A stretch of 64,000 bases of DNA, from contig OZ246958.1 of assembly GCA_965232115.1 (NCBI GenBank), forward strand, positions 4,806,991-4,870,990. Direction: 5' to 3'. Origin of the DNA: Candidatus Poribacteria bacterium. GTDB taxonomy: Bacteria > Poribacteria > WGA-4E > WGA-3G. The notes under the pieces are model-generated. The model was not told where the DNA came from. It did no database searches and worked only from the letters and a program-made list of their open reading frames with translations. The translations under genes and the position numbers were made by a program. Within the stretch, counting starts at the first letter, position 1, and the number at the start of each line of letters is the position of its first letter. Below, piece by piece: positions 28,302-38,684 of this stretch.

Positions 28302-30671
28302 TTAAAAAATTGCCTCAAGTCCAATCCATGCGGCGCGGGGTGCCCCCGGAGACAGAAAACGGGCATCCTCGAATTCGTCTCCTAACACTTCGTCCGCCTC
28401 CCCGAAGAGACCGAAGGTTTCATACCGGTCATCAAAAAGGTTGTTCACCTTAGCAAATACAGAAATATTACCCCAAAACGTATACCTACCACGCAGATTC
28501 ACAATGCCGTAACCTGGAATCTGATCGATTAAATTTCCCTCGTCGCCACGAAAAACCTGGCTGGAATTGACAAGGACATTCGCACCCAAAGACAGCGCAT
28601 CGGTTACAGTAAACGTCACATCCGCTTTGAGGTTGTGCTGCGGGACACCAGGAATGCGGTCGCCTTGCTCGACTTTTATTTCGCCACCGTCTGCTTCAGG
28701 GTGGTTGGGGCTGCTGACCGTCAAATCGGTCTCGAAAGTCGCTGAAATGTAAGTATAGTTAAGCAACCCCTGTAAGCGATTAAAGAAACTACCCCCGACA
28801 TTCACCTCAACACCTTGGCGGAGGGTTCGCGCAACGTTTTCAAAATAGCCTTGGTTGGTCAATGCACCACTGCTAATGAAGATTAGATCGTCAAAACTCG
28901 TCGCCCGAAAGAAGTCGGTGTTCCATGCAAGCCCCCCTAATTCACCCCGTAAGCCCGTCTCCCACGTCTTCGTTATCACCTGATCCAGCGGCGGATCGGC
29001 AACGAAAGCGTTGGGCAATTTACAGGGAGCTTCAGGATCCGCACACGTCAACTCCACAGGTGTGGGTACACGCGACGCTTCACTGTAGCTACCATAGAAG
29101 GAAAGAAGATTATGAAACTGATAGGTTAAACCCGCCGCTGGATTGAAGCGACCAAAAGTGTGGTCCCCATTGAGTTCGACACCAATTTGATCCCGTAATA
29201 TAATCTCAGTGCTGTTATAGCGTCCGGACAGCGTGAGATGTAGGCGCGGTGTGATAGAAAAGGTGTTCGTCCCGTAGATACCCATATTCTGAACCGTGGT
29301 CTCAACATCCACAAAAGATTCGCTTTCAAGGATACCGCTACCGACCGTTCCTCGATCCGGTGTCAGACTTGCCAACTCGGTTTCGGAATTGAACAGAGCT
29401 CCACCACGGTCAAAACTCGCGCCAACAATGAGCTGATTTTCACGACTGGCGATAGGACTCGTGAAGGCTACCTGCAAGGTTGCCCCATAGCCGCCTTGAC
29501 GCGTCTGACTCGTATTATTTGTAGCGTTGAACCCACCTTCGTCATCATCGTCGTTATCCGCATCATCAATCTCAGTCTCTTCGTCATCCGCATCGTAACC
29601 GTTCTCAGGAAGACGGACATCGTTTCCAAACTGATCCTTTATACGCGCCTGGTCTGCCTCTTCACCAACGCATAGGAAACCTTCATTTTCAGGATCTTCG
29701 CACGGCTCAAAATCTGTATCGTCGCCATTGAAGGTCTCAACGTTGTTCCGCCGGTAGTAAACCGTACTCGCCAAAATGAGGTTGTCCGACCACGCATGAC
29801 TGCCCCGCAAATTTGCCATGAGCATATTGTTCTCTGTCCTGTCTGGATGCGTAAACACAGCACTCCGTTCCGTGTTAAGAAGATCAATCGGTAATGCCCC
29901 GTTGCCCAATAATTCGTTATCTGCTAACGTCAGGCTCAAGTCCAGTGTAGAAGCGTTTTCTTTCCAACCGATGTTGCCGAACAACTGCCGGACCTCAGAA
30001 GGCGAGAAATCGCGCCACCCCTCTTCCGCAAAGAGATTGCCGCTCAGGAAATAACTCAATCGCTGATTATGATCCCCACTCGAAAATTCAGCGGCTCTAC
30101 GTGTGAATGAACCGCCATAGACTTTCACGCCGTGACCGGGGTGTGTAAAGCCGGTCTTCGTCTTCAGAGAGAGCGCACCGCCAAGTGTGTTCAAACCGAA
30201 AAGCGGATTTGATCCAGACATCAAGTTGATGCTGGCGATTGCAGATTGCGGAATGACATCCCAATTCACCGTGTCACCAAATAGTTCGTTAACACGTGTA
30301 CCATCTTGATAAGTAGCCAATCCCTGGGGTAATCCGAGCAAAGGAGAAGCCGTAAAACCGCGAAAGCGGACATCGGGCTGGAAAGGATTGTTTTGCGCCT
30401 CGTTAATATGCACACTTCCTAAGTTACGACTAATGAACTCGGTAAGGTCCAAACTCTGGGCAGCATCAACCGCGGCACTATTCGCTGTTTGGATATTGGC
30501 AGGCACTTTATCTTTAGGAAGTCCAACACCGTGTACGGGGGTCACACCAATGACCTCAATTGGTTCTAATTTCACCGGCTCTTCTTCTGAATAGATTAAC
30601 GTTCCTCCAAAGATGAGTAGAAATGTAAACATACAAGTGAAAATCTTGAACAAAATACTTGATGCGGTCAT
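28302..30671 (-). CDS. TonB-dependent outer-membrane receptor
   Basis: Signal peptide, plug domain, many beta-strand repeats, C-terminal aromatic residue (...LEAIF). Contains a poly-acidic insert DADDEETEIDDADNDDDDEGG. Confidence 0.75.
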   Translation of the reverse strand: MTASSILFKIFTCMFTFLLIFGGTLIYSEEEPVKLEPIEVIGVTPVHGVGLPKDKVPANIQTANSAAVDAAQSLDLTEFISRNLGSVHINEAQNNPFQPDVRFRGFTASPLLGLPQGLATYQDGTRVNELFGDTVNWDVIPQSAIASINLMSGSNPLFGLNTLGGALSLKTKTGFTHPGHGVKVYGGSFTRRAAEFSSGDHNQRLSYFLSGNLFAEEGWRDFSPSEVRQLFGNIGWKENASTLDLSLTLADNELLGNGALPIDLLNTERSAVFTHPDRTENNMLMANLRGSHAWSDNLILASTVYYRRNNVETFNGDDTDFEPCEDPENEGFLCVGEEADQARIKDQFGNDVRLPENGYDADDEETEIDDADNDDDDEGGFNATNNTSQTRQGGYGATLQVAFTSPIASRENQLIVGASFDRGGALFNSETELASLTPDRGTVGSGILESESFVDVETTVQNMGIYGTNTFSITPRLHLTLSGRYNSTEIILRDQIGVELNGDHTFGRFNPAAGLTYQFHNLLSFYGSYSEASRVPTPVELTCADPEAPCKLPNAFVADPPLDQVITKTWETGLRGELGGLAWNTDFFRATSFDDLIFISSGALTNQGYFENVARTLRQGVEVNVGGSFFNRLQGLLNYTYISATFETDLTVSSPNHPEADGGEIKVEQGDRIPGVPQHNLKADVTFTVTDALSLGANVLVNSSQVFRGDEGNLIDQIPGYGIVNLRGRYTFWGNISVFAKVNNLFDDRYETFGLFGEADEVLGDEFEDARFLSPGAPRAAWIGLEAIF

Positions 30672-30961
30672 TTCTCACTCCTTTCAGTTAGCAGTGAACA
30701 TGCTATATCTAATAGCTGGACTTTAGTGTCGGTACATGCATGATATACTGCGATCCACTTTTAGACAAGGAAAAACGGGACGATAGATTAAAAAAGGACA
30801 ATAAGGAAGGACTGGCAAGGTCAGGAATTTCGTGAAACAGGCGCGAAATATCTTGCATTTTTCTCAAACATTAGGCATAATGATATCGAGTGATAGACCC
30901 CGTCCTAAAGGATGGCGTTTTGACGCTGAAAATTATGATAAATTAATGAGGACAAGATTGC

Positions 30962-31972
30962 ATGAAACGCGTGCCTTTCCAAATTCTACAAGATGAACTT
31001 TACCGTGTACTCGCGAGCGTCGGGTTCACCGATGAGCGCGCAATGTTATGTGCAAGGCTCTTTGCTGAAAACCAACGTGATGGCGTGTACTCACACGGAC
31101 TCAATCGTTTCCCAGGATTCGTCGCTGGACTGGAGAGCAAACAAATTAACTTCCGAGCAAAACCAGAAAAAATCGAGAGTTTTGGGGCATTAGAACGGTG
31201 GGACGGTAAAATGGGGGTCGGACTTGTTAACGCGCATTTCTGCATGCAACAGGCAACGGAACTCGCAAATGTCCACGGTATCGGGTGCGTCGGGCTTTCA
31301 AACACAAATCACTGGATGCGAGGCGGTGCTTATGCTTTGCAGGCAGCAGAAGCCGGATACATTGGAATATGCTGGACAAACACAACCCGACTCATGCCGC
31401 CGTGGGGTTCTGCAGAAAAAAAGATTGGGAACAATCCGATGGCAATTGGTATTCCGAGAGAAGGTGGACATATCCTGCTCGATATGGCGATGAGCCAGTA
31501 CTCAAACGGGAAGTTAGAGGTGTTGCAGCTGCAAGGAAAAGAATTACCACTACCCGGTGGATATGACACCCATGGAGAACTAACTGTCGATCCGGGTGAA
31601 ATTCTTGACGCCGCAAGAGCACTGCCCATCGGTTACTGGAAAGGATCTGGGTTGGCTCTGGTACTCGACACAATGGCATCCCTTATTTCAGGTGGACAAG
31701 CCACACACGAAATCGGAAAGCAGGGATCCGAATACGCCGTTTCTCAGGTGTACATCGCGATGAACGCCACTGGGATGATGGGACAAGCAGCACTACACGA
31801 GAAAGTAACAGCCATTATTGACGATTTCCATACATCAACACCGTTAGACGAAAATGAAAGTGTACGATATCCCGGGGAAGGCATGTTACGGACACGACAG
31901 GAGAGCCTTGAAAAAGGGGTCCTCGTGGACGAGATGCAATGGCAAGGGTTGTTGAAAATGAACAGTTCTTAA
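30962..31972 (+). CDS. Ldh_2-family (malate/L-lactate/L-sulfolactate-type) 2-hydroxyacid dehydrogenase
   Basis: N-terminus ...RDGVYSHGLNRFPGF... typical of the Ldh_2 family. Confidence 0.7.
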   Translation: MKRVPFQILQDELYRVLASVGFTDERAMLCARLFAENQRDGVYSHGLNRFPGFVAGLESKQINFRAKPEKIESFGALERWDGKMGVGLVNAHFCMQQATELANVHGIGCVGLSNTNHWMRGGAYALQAAEAGYIGICWTNTTRLMPPWGSAEKKIGNNPMAIGIPREGGHILLDMAMSQYSNGKLEVLQLQGKELPLPGGYDTHGELTVDPGEILDAARALPIGYWKGSGLALVLDTMASLISGGQATHEIGKQGSEYAVSQVYIAMNATGMMGQAALHEKVTAIIDDFHTSTPLDENESVRYPGEGMLRTRQESLEKGVLVDEMQWQGLLKMNSS

Positions 31973-32177
31973 AATTAGCCCGAGAGGCATAGCTTGGAAC
32001 GAAGTGGAAAGCGGATATACGTAAAGGAACGTCCAAAAACCAACCCATCTAACCGAACCGCAAGGAAAAGTAAAAAATTTGGCTTGCACTCTTTTGGTAT
32101 TGGCGTATAATACATCTTAATACAGAATTTTCAAACGCCACTCTACATTAGGACAAATTGAATTTGGGAGATAACTC

Positions 32178-33302
32178 ATGACTTTACGGGCAGGAATTGT
32201 CGGTTGTGGCGGAATTAGTCGGAGTCACGCCGGCGCGCATGCGAACTTAGAGGGAGTGGACCTCGTCGCAATGTGCGACATAAATCGTGAACCACTTAAC
32301 AATCGCGCCGATGAATACAATGTCTCACATCGATATACCGACTATGAGGAGATGTTCGCACGCGAGGCACTCGATATTGTGAGCGTTTGCACACACGCAC
32401 CGCTACACGCACCAATCGCAATTGCTGCCGCACAAGCAGGGATCCACGTTTTATGTGAAAAACCGTTGTCTGTCGATTTAGAAACAGCGGATAAAATGCT
32501 CGCGGCATGTCGTGAGGCGGGTGTACATCTGGCAGTTAGTCATCAGTTCCGATTCACACCGCTCTTCCGGCACGCGAAATCTCTGATTGACACAGGCAAA
32601 ATCGGTGAACTCCGCTCCATACGCGAAGTCGGCAAAGGACGCGAAGCCGGGTTCGAGTTGATGGAAATGGGTGTCCACTATTTTGACGAGATGGACTTCT
32701 TCTTGGACAGTATCTCTTGGATCCAAGCGCATATTACATATCAGGGACACGATGTAACAGAAGCAGATATTATGCACAGCAGTGAGTTGTGTAAAACCGA
32801 TCGGCGCGATAACGGCATGGTGGCGGGGGATACAATGCTCGTGCATATCGGCGGCGGAAACGGTGCTTACGGCATTATGGAACTTTACTGCCGCGAACCC
32901 AGACACGGGTGGATGATGGGCCCACACCTGCTCGGTTCGGAGGGACAATTGATGATTAAACCGCACCCAGAAACGGGTATAGACGAAATGTGGTACTGCC
33001 CATTTGACGTATCCTTTGCCGCACATACACCCACATGGGAACAGATAGAACTTGACGCATCAACGTTCGTAATCTCTGGAAAAGCGTGGCAGTCGCGCCA
33101 CACCATCTGGAGTGCGAAAAACATACGAGATGCAATTCTTAACGAAAACCAACCAGAACTCGGCGGACGTAACGCCCTTACGTCGCTTGAGTGCGTGAGT
33201 GCAACCTACGTTTCCCATTTCAGTGGAACAAAAGTACAACTACCATTAAAGGAGCGGAGCCATCCGCTTGTAAAACGTCTTAGTACAGGAGTCACAAATT
33301 AA
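32178..33302 (+). CDS. Gfo/Idh/MocA-family NAD(P)-dependent oxidoreductase
   Basis: N-terminal Rossmann AGIVGCGGISRSHA. The EKP motif (LCEKPL) is diagnostic of the family. Confidence 0.8.
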   Translation: MTLRAGIVGCGGISRSHAGAHANLEGVDLVAMCDINREPLNNRADEYNVSHRYTDYEEMFAREALDIVSVCTHAPLHAPIAIAAAQAGIHVLCEKPLSVDLETADKMLAACREAGVHLAVSHQFRFTPLFRHAKSLIDTGKIGELRSIREVGKGREAGFELMEMGVHYFDEMDFFLDSISWIQAHITYQGHDVTEADIMHSSELCKTDRRDNGMVAGDTMLVHIGGGNGAYGIMELYCREPRHGWMMGPHLLGSEGQLMIKPHPETGIDEMWYCPFDVSFAAHTPTWEQIELDASTFVISGKAWQSRHTIWSAKNIRDAILNENQPELGGRNALTSLECVSATYVSHFSGTKVQLPLKERSHPLVKRLSTGVTN

Positions 33303-34151
33303 ATGAAACTTACATTCTTTAACGATTACCAACTCGGTGTCCTAACAGAAGGCGGGATTGTTGACATCAACGATGCCCTCAGCGGCATCTCTTATCATAC
33401 GCCGCAAGAACTGATACAAATGGTGATTGAGGATTTTGACAATCTACGTCCAAAAATAGAAGATGCCGTTGAAAACGGATCTGCTGTCGATTTGGACAGC
33501 GTCAGCCTCAAAGCACCCGTCCCGCGACCGGGGCAACTCGTCTGCCTCGCAGGGAACTACATCGAACCAGATAGTCCGTCTCGCGGTGAATTCAATGCCT
33601 TCTTGAAGTCTCCAACCGGCATCATTAACACGAAGGACACTGTCAAACTCCCGGAAGCAGATGTAACCGTCTTCCACTTTGAACCGGAATTAGCGATTGT
33701 TATTGGAAAAACAGCAAAACACCTCACTGAAGAAAATGCGTTAGACTGCGTATTCGGGTACACGCAGTTCATTGATGTCTCTGCACGGGGTTTGCCCGGC
33801 GGTTTCTTTTTAGGGAAAAGTTGGCACACGTTCGCCCCGATGGGACCCGCCCTCGTTACTGCTGACGAAGTAGAGGACGCGAACGCCCTTAGTGTACAAC
33901 TCTGGATTAACGACGGTCTGCAACACGATTTCTCTACCAATTCTATGGCACGTTTCATCCCAGAACTGCTCGCGGAGGTAACCAACGTGGTAACACTGGA
34001 ACCGGGTGATGTCGTATCAACGGGAACACACCACGAAGCACTTACGGCAGTCGGGGACGGAGACACAGTCCGATTATCAGTAGAAGGTTTCGGCCCAGAG
34101 TTAACGGTTTCCGTACACGACCCGCTAAAACGGACAACATGGCGCGGTTAA
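33303..34151 (+). CDS. Fumarylacetoacetate hydrolase (FAH)-family hydratase/isomerase
   Basis: FAH-domain pattern. Start codon directly abuts the stop of the upstream Gfo/Idh/MocA gene (TAAATG). Confidence 0.75.
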   Translation: MKLTFFNDYQLGVLTEGGIVDINDALSGISYHTPQELIQMVIEDFDNLRPKIEDAVENGSAVDLDSVSLKAPVPRPGQLVCLAGNYIEPDSPSRGEFNAFLKSPTGIINTKDTVKLPEADVTVFHFEPELAIVIGKTAKHLTEENALDCVFGYTQFIDVSARGLPGGFFLGKSWHTFAPMGPALVTADEVEDANALSVQLWINDGLQHDFSTNSMARFIPELLAEVTNVVTLEPGDVVSTGTHHEALTAVGDGDTVRLSVEGFGPELTVSVHDPLKRTTWRG

Positions 34152-34382
34152 AACCTGTGACGAGTAAACCGCTGCTTACAACCTACGCAAAAAAGTGTTG
34201 ACAACCGTATCAATTTATGTGTATAATAATTGAAGGGACAACTTAGAGGCTATTCTCTAATCCACGAAATTCTACTTTTAATAGTCCGTTTTGACTAATA
34301 AACTACGCCGCTTTTAACAGGAAGATTTGGCGCGCAACGGAATGAGAACCTTCTTTCTTGATGATAAGGAGAATCGATAAAA

Positions 34383-35345
34383 ATGAACTTTTTCAGAACA
34401 AGTTTTGACTTGCAAGCTTCGTCAAAACCCAGAAACATAGCCGTACTGGCTGTCCTCACGATTGTCTGCGCGTGGATGGCTGGCTGTGCTGGCTGTAATC
34501 CTGAACCGGTACCCATGGGAATGAACCCGACACAAGGCCCCGAAACGGGCGGGACAACCGTTCAGATTACCGGCGAAAAATTTGACATGAAAAACGGTGT
34601 GACTGTAACGTTTAACGGTATAAACGCTCAAAGTGTGACTGTCCCCAGTGAAACACAAATTACGGCAGTGACCCCCGGCGGCACGGCAGGGCAATCTGTG
34701 ACTGTCGTTGTTACCAACAAGGGAAAACCTGAAGTACCCGTCACGCTCTCACAGCAATTTACCTATACCGACGCGACACCGCCGACTGTGACAATGAACG
34801 AACCGACAGACGGCACAGTTTTTTCTGAATACGAAGATTCACTCGACGTGATGAATAGCGTATCTGTATCGTTTAGCGAACCGATTGACAGTAACAGTGT
34901 CACTGTGGATGTAGCCGTCACAAAAACTGAAGATTCGATGAGCGAACCGATGGACGGAACCCTGTCAGGCACGGTTACCGGAAGCGGGGATTCTGTGACC
35001 TTCACATCCGATATGCCGATGCGTGCTGGCCGTATGTATACCGTTACCGTCTCTGGTGCTGCTGACATGGCTGGCAATGTCCTCGAAAATTCACACAGTT
35101 TTAGTTTCAGTATAACCAGTCCTGAAGTCCTTTACAAATATCATGTCCGGGAAGAAGATATTCAGGAAGATAACGGTGAAGCTGCTCTGAAGCGCATCGC
35201 TGCACGTCCTGAGATTTTTGATAACGCTGAGATGTGGGAACGGTTAGTTACCGCCAACCAAGATGCCTACATTTTTGATCGGACAAGACTGCGTGCAGGA
35301 CAGCTGCTAATTATTCCACGTGGGCGCGCTTGGGGCGACAAGTAA
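34383..35345 (+). CDS. Lipoprotein with IPT/TIG and Ig-like domains and a C-terminal LysM-like motif
   Basis: Lipobox (MAGCAGC). TIG-like beta-sandwich repeats (GPETGGTTVQITGEKF...). C-terminal ...AGQLLIIP resembles LysM. A consensus promoter lies upstream (TTGACA-18-TATAAT at about 34198-34230). Confidence 0.5.
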   Translation: MNFFRTSFDLQASSKPRNIAVLAVLTIVCAWMAGCAGCNPEPVPMGMNPTQGPETGGTTVQITGEKFDMKNGVTVTFNGINAQSVTVPSETQITAVTPGGTAGQSVTVVVTNKGKPEVPVTLSQQFTYTDATPPTVTMNEPTDGTVFSEYEDSLDVMNSVSVSFSEPIDSNSVTVDVAVTKTEDSMSEPMDGTLSGTVTGSGDSVTFTSDMPMRAGRMYTVTVSGAADMAGNVLENSHSFSFSITSPEVLYKYHVREEDIQEDNGEAALKRIAARPEIFDNAEMWERLVTANQDAYIFDRTRLRAGQLLIIPRGRAWGDK

Positions 35346-35366
35346 GCAAACCCTTAAAGAAGTCAA

Positions 35367-35398
35367 AAAGCCGTGTACCCGTTACACGGCTTTTTTAT
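35367..35398 (+). terminator. Rho-independent terminator
   Basis: aaaaGCCGTGTAcccgtTACACGGCtttttta. Perfect 8-bp GC-containing stem followed by a T-tract. Confidence 0.65.
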
Positions 35399-35432
35399 TT
35401 TTCTGAATACCACAAACCGACAGAGGTGACTA

Positions 35433-37198
35433 TGTTTGGCACGCAAAGAGATTTCAAAAACCGTATTGCCGAATATCAAAGCAGCTTGGTAGGTATCAAA
35501 CACCTTCATCAATTATCGCCAATGCGTCCGAAACCGAATCGCCCGATTACTGTCCACGCGACCACATCTGGCAGCATCGCTTACGACTCAGTTCGTTGTT
35601 GGATGAATGTAAACGGTGAAGAAACAACATTCAAACTCACCCCAAGTAAATCAATATGGAATAGACTTGAATGGCGATACGTCCGTCCCTGGCACGGAGA
35701 GATGCCGCCGCAACCAAATGGAGCAACGGTGCGTTACAAGATTGGTGGACGCGTTCTGGACGCAAATAACTGGATTTTTGCGGATAACCAAGCGCGAGTC
35801 CTTTCGGAAGCAACAGAGTTTGCGATTTCGGTGGACGATTACGATGCGTCGACATGGGTTCGTGATGCCGTTATCTATCATATCTTTCTGGATCGATTTT
35901 ACCCAGGAGATGGAGTCCCGTGGAAAAAACCGACAGACCTCTCTGGTTTTTTTGGTGGCACGTTACGCGGTGCAATTCAGAAACTTGACTACATCCAATC
36001 GCTCGGCTGCAATGCTGTATGGCTTTCTCCACTTTTCGCAAGTCCAACCCACCACGGCTATGATGCTACAGATTACTACACTGTTGAACCTCGGTTCGGC
36101 ACGAACGCGGAACTGATAGAACTCATTGAAAAAGCACATCAGCGCGGGATACGTGTTATCCTTGATTTTGTCGCCAATCATTGGTCGAACCATCATCCGA
36201 CGTTTCAAGCAGCACAACGCGATCCAAACAGTGAATATCGGGGGTGGTACACATGGCAGCGATGGCCCGACGAATATACAAGTTTCTTCGGCGTGAAAGG
36301 GATGCCGCAACTGAATCTAAAGCATAAACCCGCAAGCGACTATCTACTGAAATGCGCACAGCATTGGTTACGCAAAGGCGTTGATGGCTATCGGCTTGAT
36401 TATGCCCCAGGGCCTCCACACACATTTTGGGCAGATTTCCGCCAAGCTTGTAAAACTGTGAATCCTGACGCTTTCTTGTTTGGAGAAGTGGTTAGTCATT
36501 CAGAAGCGATAGCGTCTTATGTTCCACATTTCGACGGGTGTCTTGACTTTTTGCTCGCGGACGCGCTGCGGGAAACTTTTATTCTTGAGACTTCAACGCT
36601 ACTGGAATTTGAGGCGTTTTTAGTCGCACACGAGACCTATTTTCCCAAAGATTTCGCACTCCCTGCTTTTTTGGACAATCACGATATGACGCGTATTCTC
36701 TACCTGGCGGGGGAGGATAAAGCAAAGGTGCGCTTAGCAGCATTGGTCCTCTTTACACTCCCCGCACCACCTATAATCTACAACGGTACGGAGATAGGAG
36801 TCTCACAACGGAACCCACTCGGGCGTTTTGAGGAGGCACGGTTGCCAATGCCGTGGGGAGATGAAGCAGACGGAGATTTATTAGGTTACTTCCGACGTTT
36901 GGGGACACTACGGAAACAGTTTTCAGTGCTCACTTCTGGTTTGCGAAAGATTGTTCATCTGAACGTTCAGAAAGGGACTTACGCGTATCTGCGCACTTCA
37001 GAAACGAATTCTATCCTAATCGCCTTGAATACGAGTCGGCGTTCTCAGACGATCGATGTCCCAGTGGAATTGGGACAGCATCGTGATTCGGAGATCGCTC
37101 CTATTTTGGAAGACCGCCTCAATGGAAACCCCGTGACAGTATCAGACGATTCCATAAGTATTTCATTGCCAGCACAAAGTGGGGCGTTTATCGTTTGA
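35433..37198 (+). CDS. GH13 alpha-amylase-family glycoside hydrolase (neopullulanase/cyclomaltodextrinase-like)
   Basis: GH13 conserved regions (GCNAVWLSPLF, RVILDFVANH, GYRLDYA, FLDNHD). The start is taken downstream of the terminator; the 35330 ORF would read through that terminator. Confidence 0.85.
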
Positions 37199-37282
37199 GA
37201 TGTAACATAAAAAATAGAAAAGGGACCGACAACTACAGAATACTGTCCCCGGTCCCCTTCTTATAGGTGTTATGAGATGGGA

Positions 37283-37933
37283 CTATTGGGTATCACCAGC
37301 ACCATCACCCATGTCTTCCATGCCATCATCCATCATCATGTCATCCATGGAGAGCGAAACGAAGACGCTGTCGTTCGTAGCACCAATGTGGCAACCGTGG
37401 CAGCCATTGCCTGCATCTTCAAGGTTGGATCCTCTGATCTGCATATACGCAGCATCTGCACTGGGACGCAGATATTTTTTGTAGACCCAGCCATTGTGAC
37501 CGGCATACATCATATCGTCGCTTTTCATCATCACGGCGACTTTATCAACAAACGTTTCGGTCTTATCCATAATTTCCTTGACGATCACAGTACCAGCCGG
37601 ATATTCTGCTGCTCCCGCCTTGTTCGCCATAGCACCGATATCGTTGATATAGACAGTGCGTGCGGTAAGAGCACCACCGTCTATCGGGGGTGGATTGTGG
37701 GCTGCTCCTGTCTCTGCCGGACTCGTAGCTGCTTCCATCGGGCCTGGGGCTGGAAGTATAACATGCTCCCATGACTGGTGTGCCGTCATGTCCATCATCA
37801 TATCAGCCATCATATCGTCAGCTGCCATCATATCGTCAGCTGCAGGTTTTAAGACTTTTTGCGCTCTGTCACAGGACACGAAGGCAACACAAACAATTAA
37901 AACCGCAATCAAAAAGATTTGGCGTTTTAACAT
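37283..37933 (-). CDS. Lipoprotein with Met/Asp-rich (DDMM) low-complexity arms flanking a CXXCH heme-binding domain (possibly cytochrome P460/c'-beta-like)
   Basis: Lipobox (FVSC). N-terminal DDMMAADDMMADMMMDM and C-terminal SMDDMMMDDGMEDMGDG. Single CHGCH. Central domain motifs (TVYINDIG, GTVIVKE, GWVYKKY) recall P460-like proteins. Confidence 0.55.
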   Translation of the reverse strand: MLKRQIFLIAVLIVCVAFVSCDRAQKVLKPAADDMMAADDMMADMMMDMTAHQSWEHVILPAPGPMEAATSPAETGAAHNPPPIDGGALTARTVYINDIGAMANKAGAAEYPAGTVIVKEIMDKTETFVDKVAVMMKSDDMMYAGHNGWVYKKYLRPSADAAYMQIRGSNLEDAGNGCHGCHIGATNDSVFVSLSMDDMMMDDGMEDMGDGAGDTQ

Positions 37934-38063
37934 TTTTGATGCTCCTTATTCTATATTTATTACAATGAAAAAATAACGAAAAGCAAATGGAACCGGAAAC
38001 CCCAAAATTGAGGTTACCAGTTCCGTTCTTATAGGCACAAATTACACGAATTATAAAATGGAA

Positions 38064-38477
38064 CTACTGATTGGTATCCTCGTCGTCCATACCATTATCA
38101 TCATGGTTGTCCATCATGCCATCGTCGTCCATCATACCATCGTCCATCATGCCATCGTCGTCCATCATGCCATCATCATGCATCATGTCGTCGTCCATCA
38201 TGCCATCGTCCATCATGCCGTCATCATGCATCATGTCGTCGTCCATCATGCCATCGTCCATCATGCCGTCATCATGCATCATGTCGTCGTCCATCATACC
38301 ATCGTCCATCATGCCGTCATCATGCATCATGTCGTCGTCCATCATGTCTTCTGACGAACTGCCTTCCTGCATCATGTCATCGGTAACCGGCATCATGACC
38401 TGCTGTGCCCTTTCACAGGATACAAAGGCGAGACAACTGATTAAAACAGCAATTAAAAGAATCTGAAATTTTAACAT
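38064..38477 (-). CDS. Lipoprotein made almost entirely of Met/Asp/His repeats (DDDMMHDDGMMDDGMM)n; paralog of the preceding gene's N-terminal region
   Basis: Its signal peptide and 5' region are homologous to 37283..37933. The rest of the 137-aa protein is a 16-aa unit repeated about 5 times. The upstream promoter/RBS region is conserved between the two genes. Confidence 0.55.
   Translation of the reverse strand: MLKFQILLIAVLISCLAFVSCERAQQVMMPVTDDMMQEGSSSEDMMDDDMMHDDGMMDDGMMDDDMMHDDGMMDDGMMDDDMMHDDGMMDDGMMDDDMMHDDGMMDDDGMMDDGMMDDDGMMDNHDDNGMDDEDTNQ
38130..38340. repeat. 48-nt coding tandem repeat (about 4.5 units)
   Basis: atgcatcatgtcgtcgtccatcatgccatcgtccatcatgccgtcatc repeated head to tail. 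This produces open reading frames in several frames. Confidence 0.75.
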
Positions 38478-38684
38478 TGTTTATGCTCCTTGTTCTATAT
38501 ATTATACAAAGTAATACGTTAAGGAAGAGGAACAAATCTCTTATCGAGGTTCTAAAGCAACAAAGCCTATCACGTTAGCGCGTCCCTCTCCAAACCCATA
38601 TACCATACAATTTGAGCAAATTATACAATATTGCACTTTAATTTACAATAAAAATCTAAAAACATTGCAACTTATAGATCACTT

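Noticed and set aside
35330-35432. Upstream extension of the GH13 ORF
   Set aside because: The extension spans a strong rho-independent terminator (35367-35398). The true start is at 35433, which has an RBS.
38058-38466. Plus-strand ORFs 38058..38354 (HHAIVVHH...) and 38071..38466 (IMPSSS...)
   Set aside because: They are artefacts of the 48-nt tandem repeat, which is open in several frames. The minus-strand frame has a signal peptide, lipobox, RBS and a paralog.
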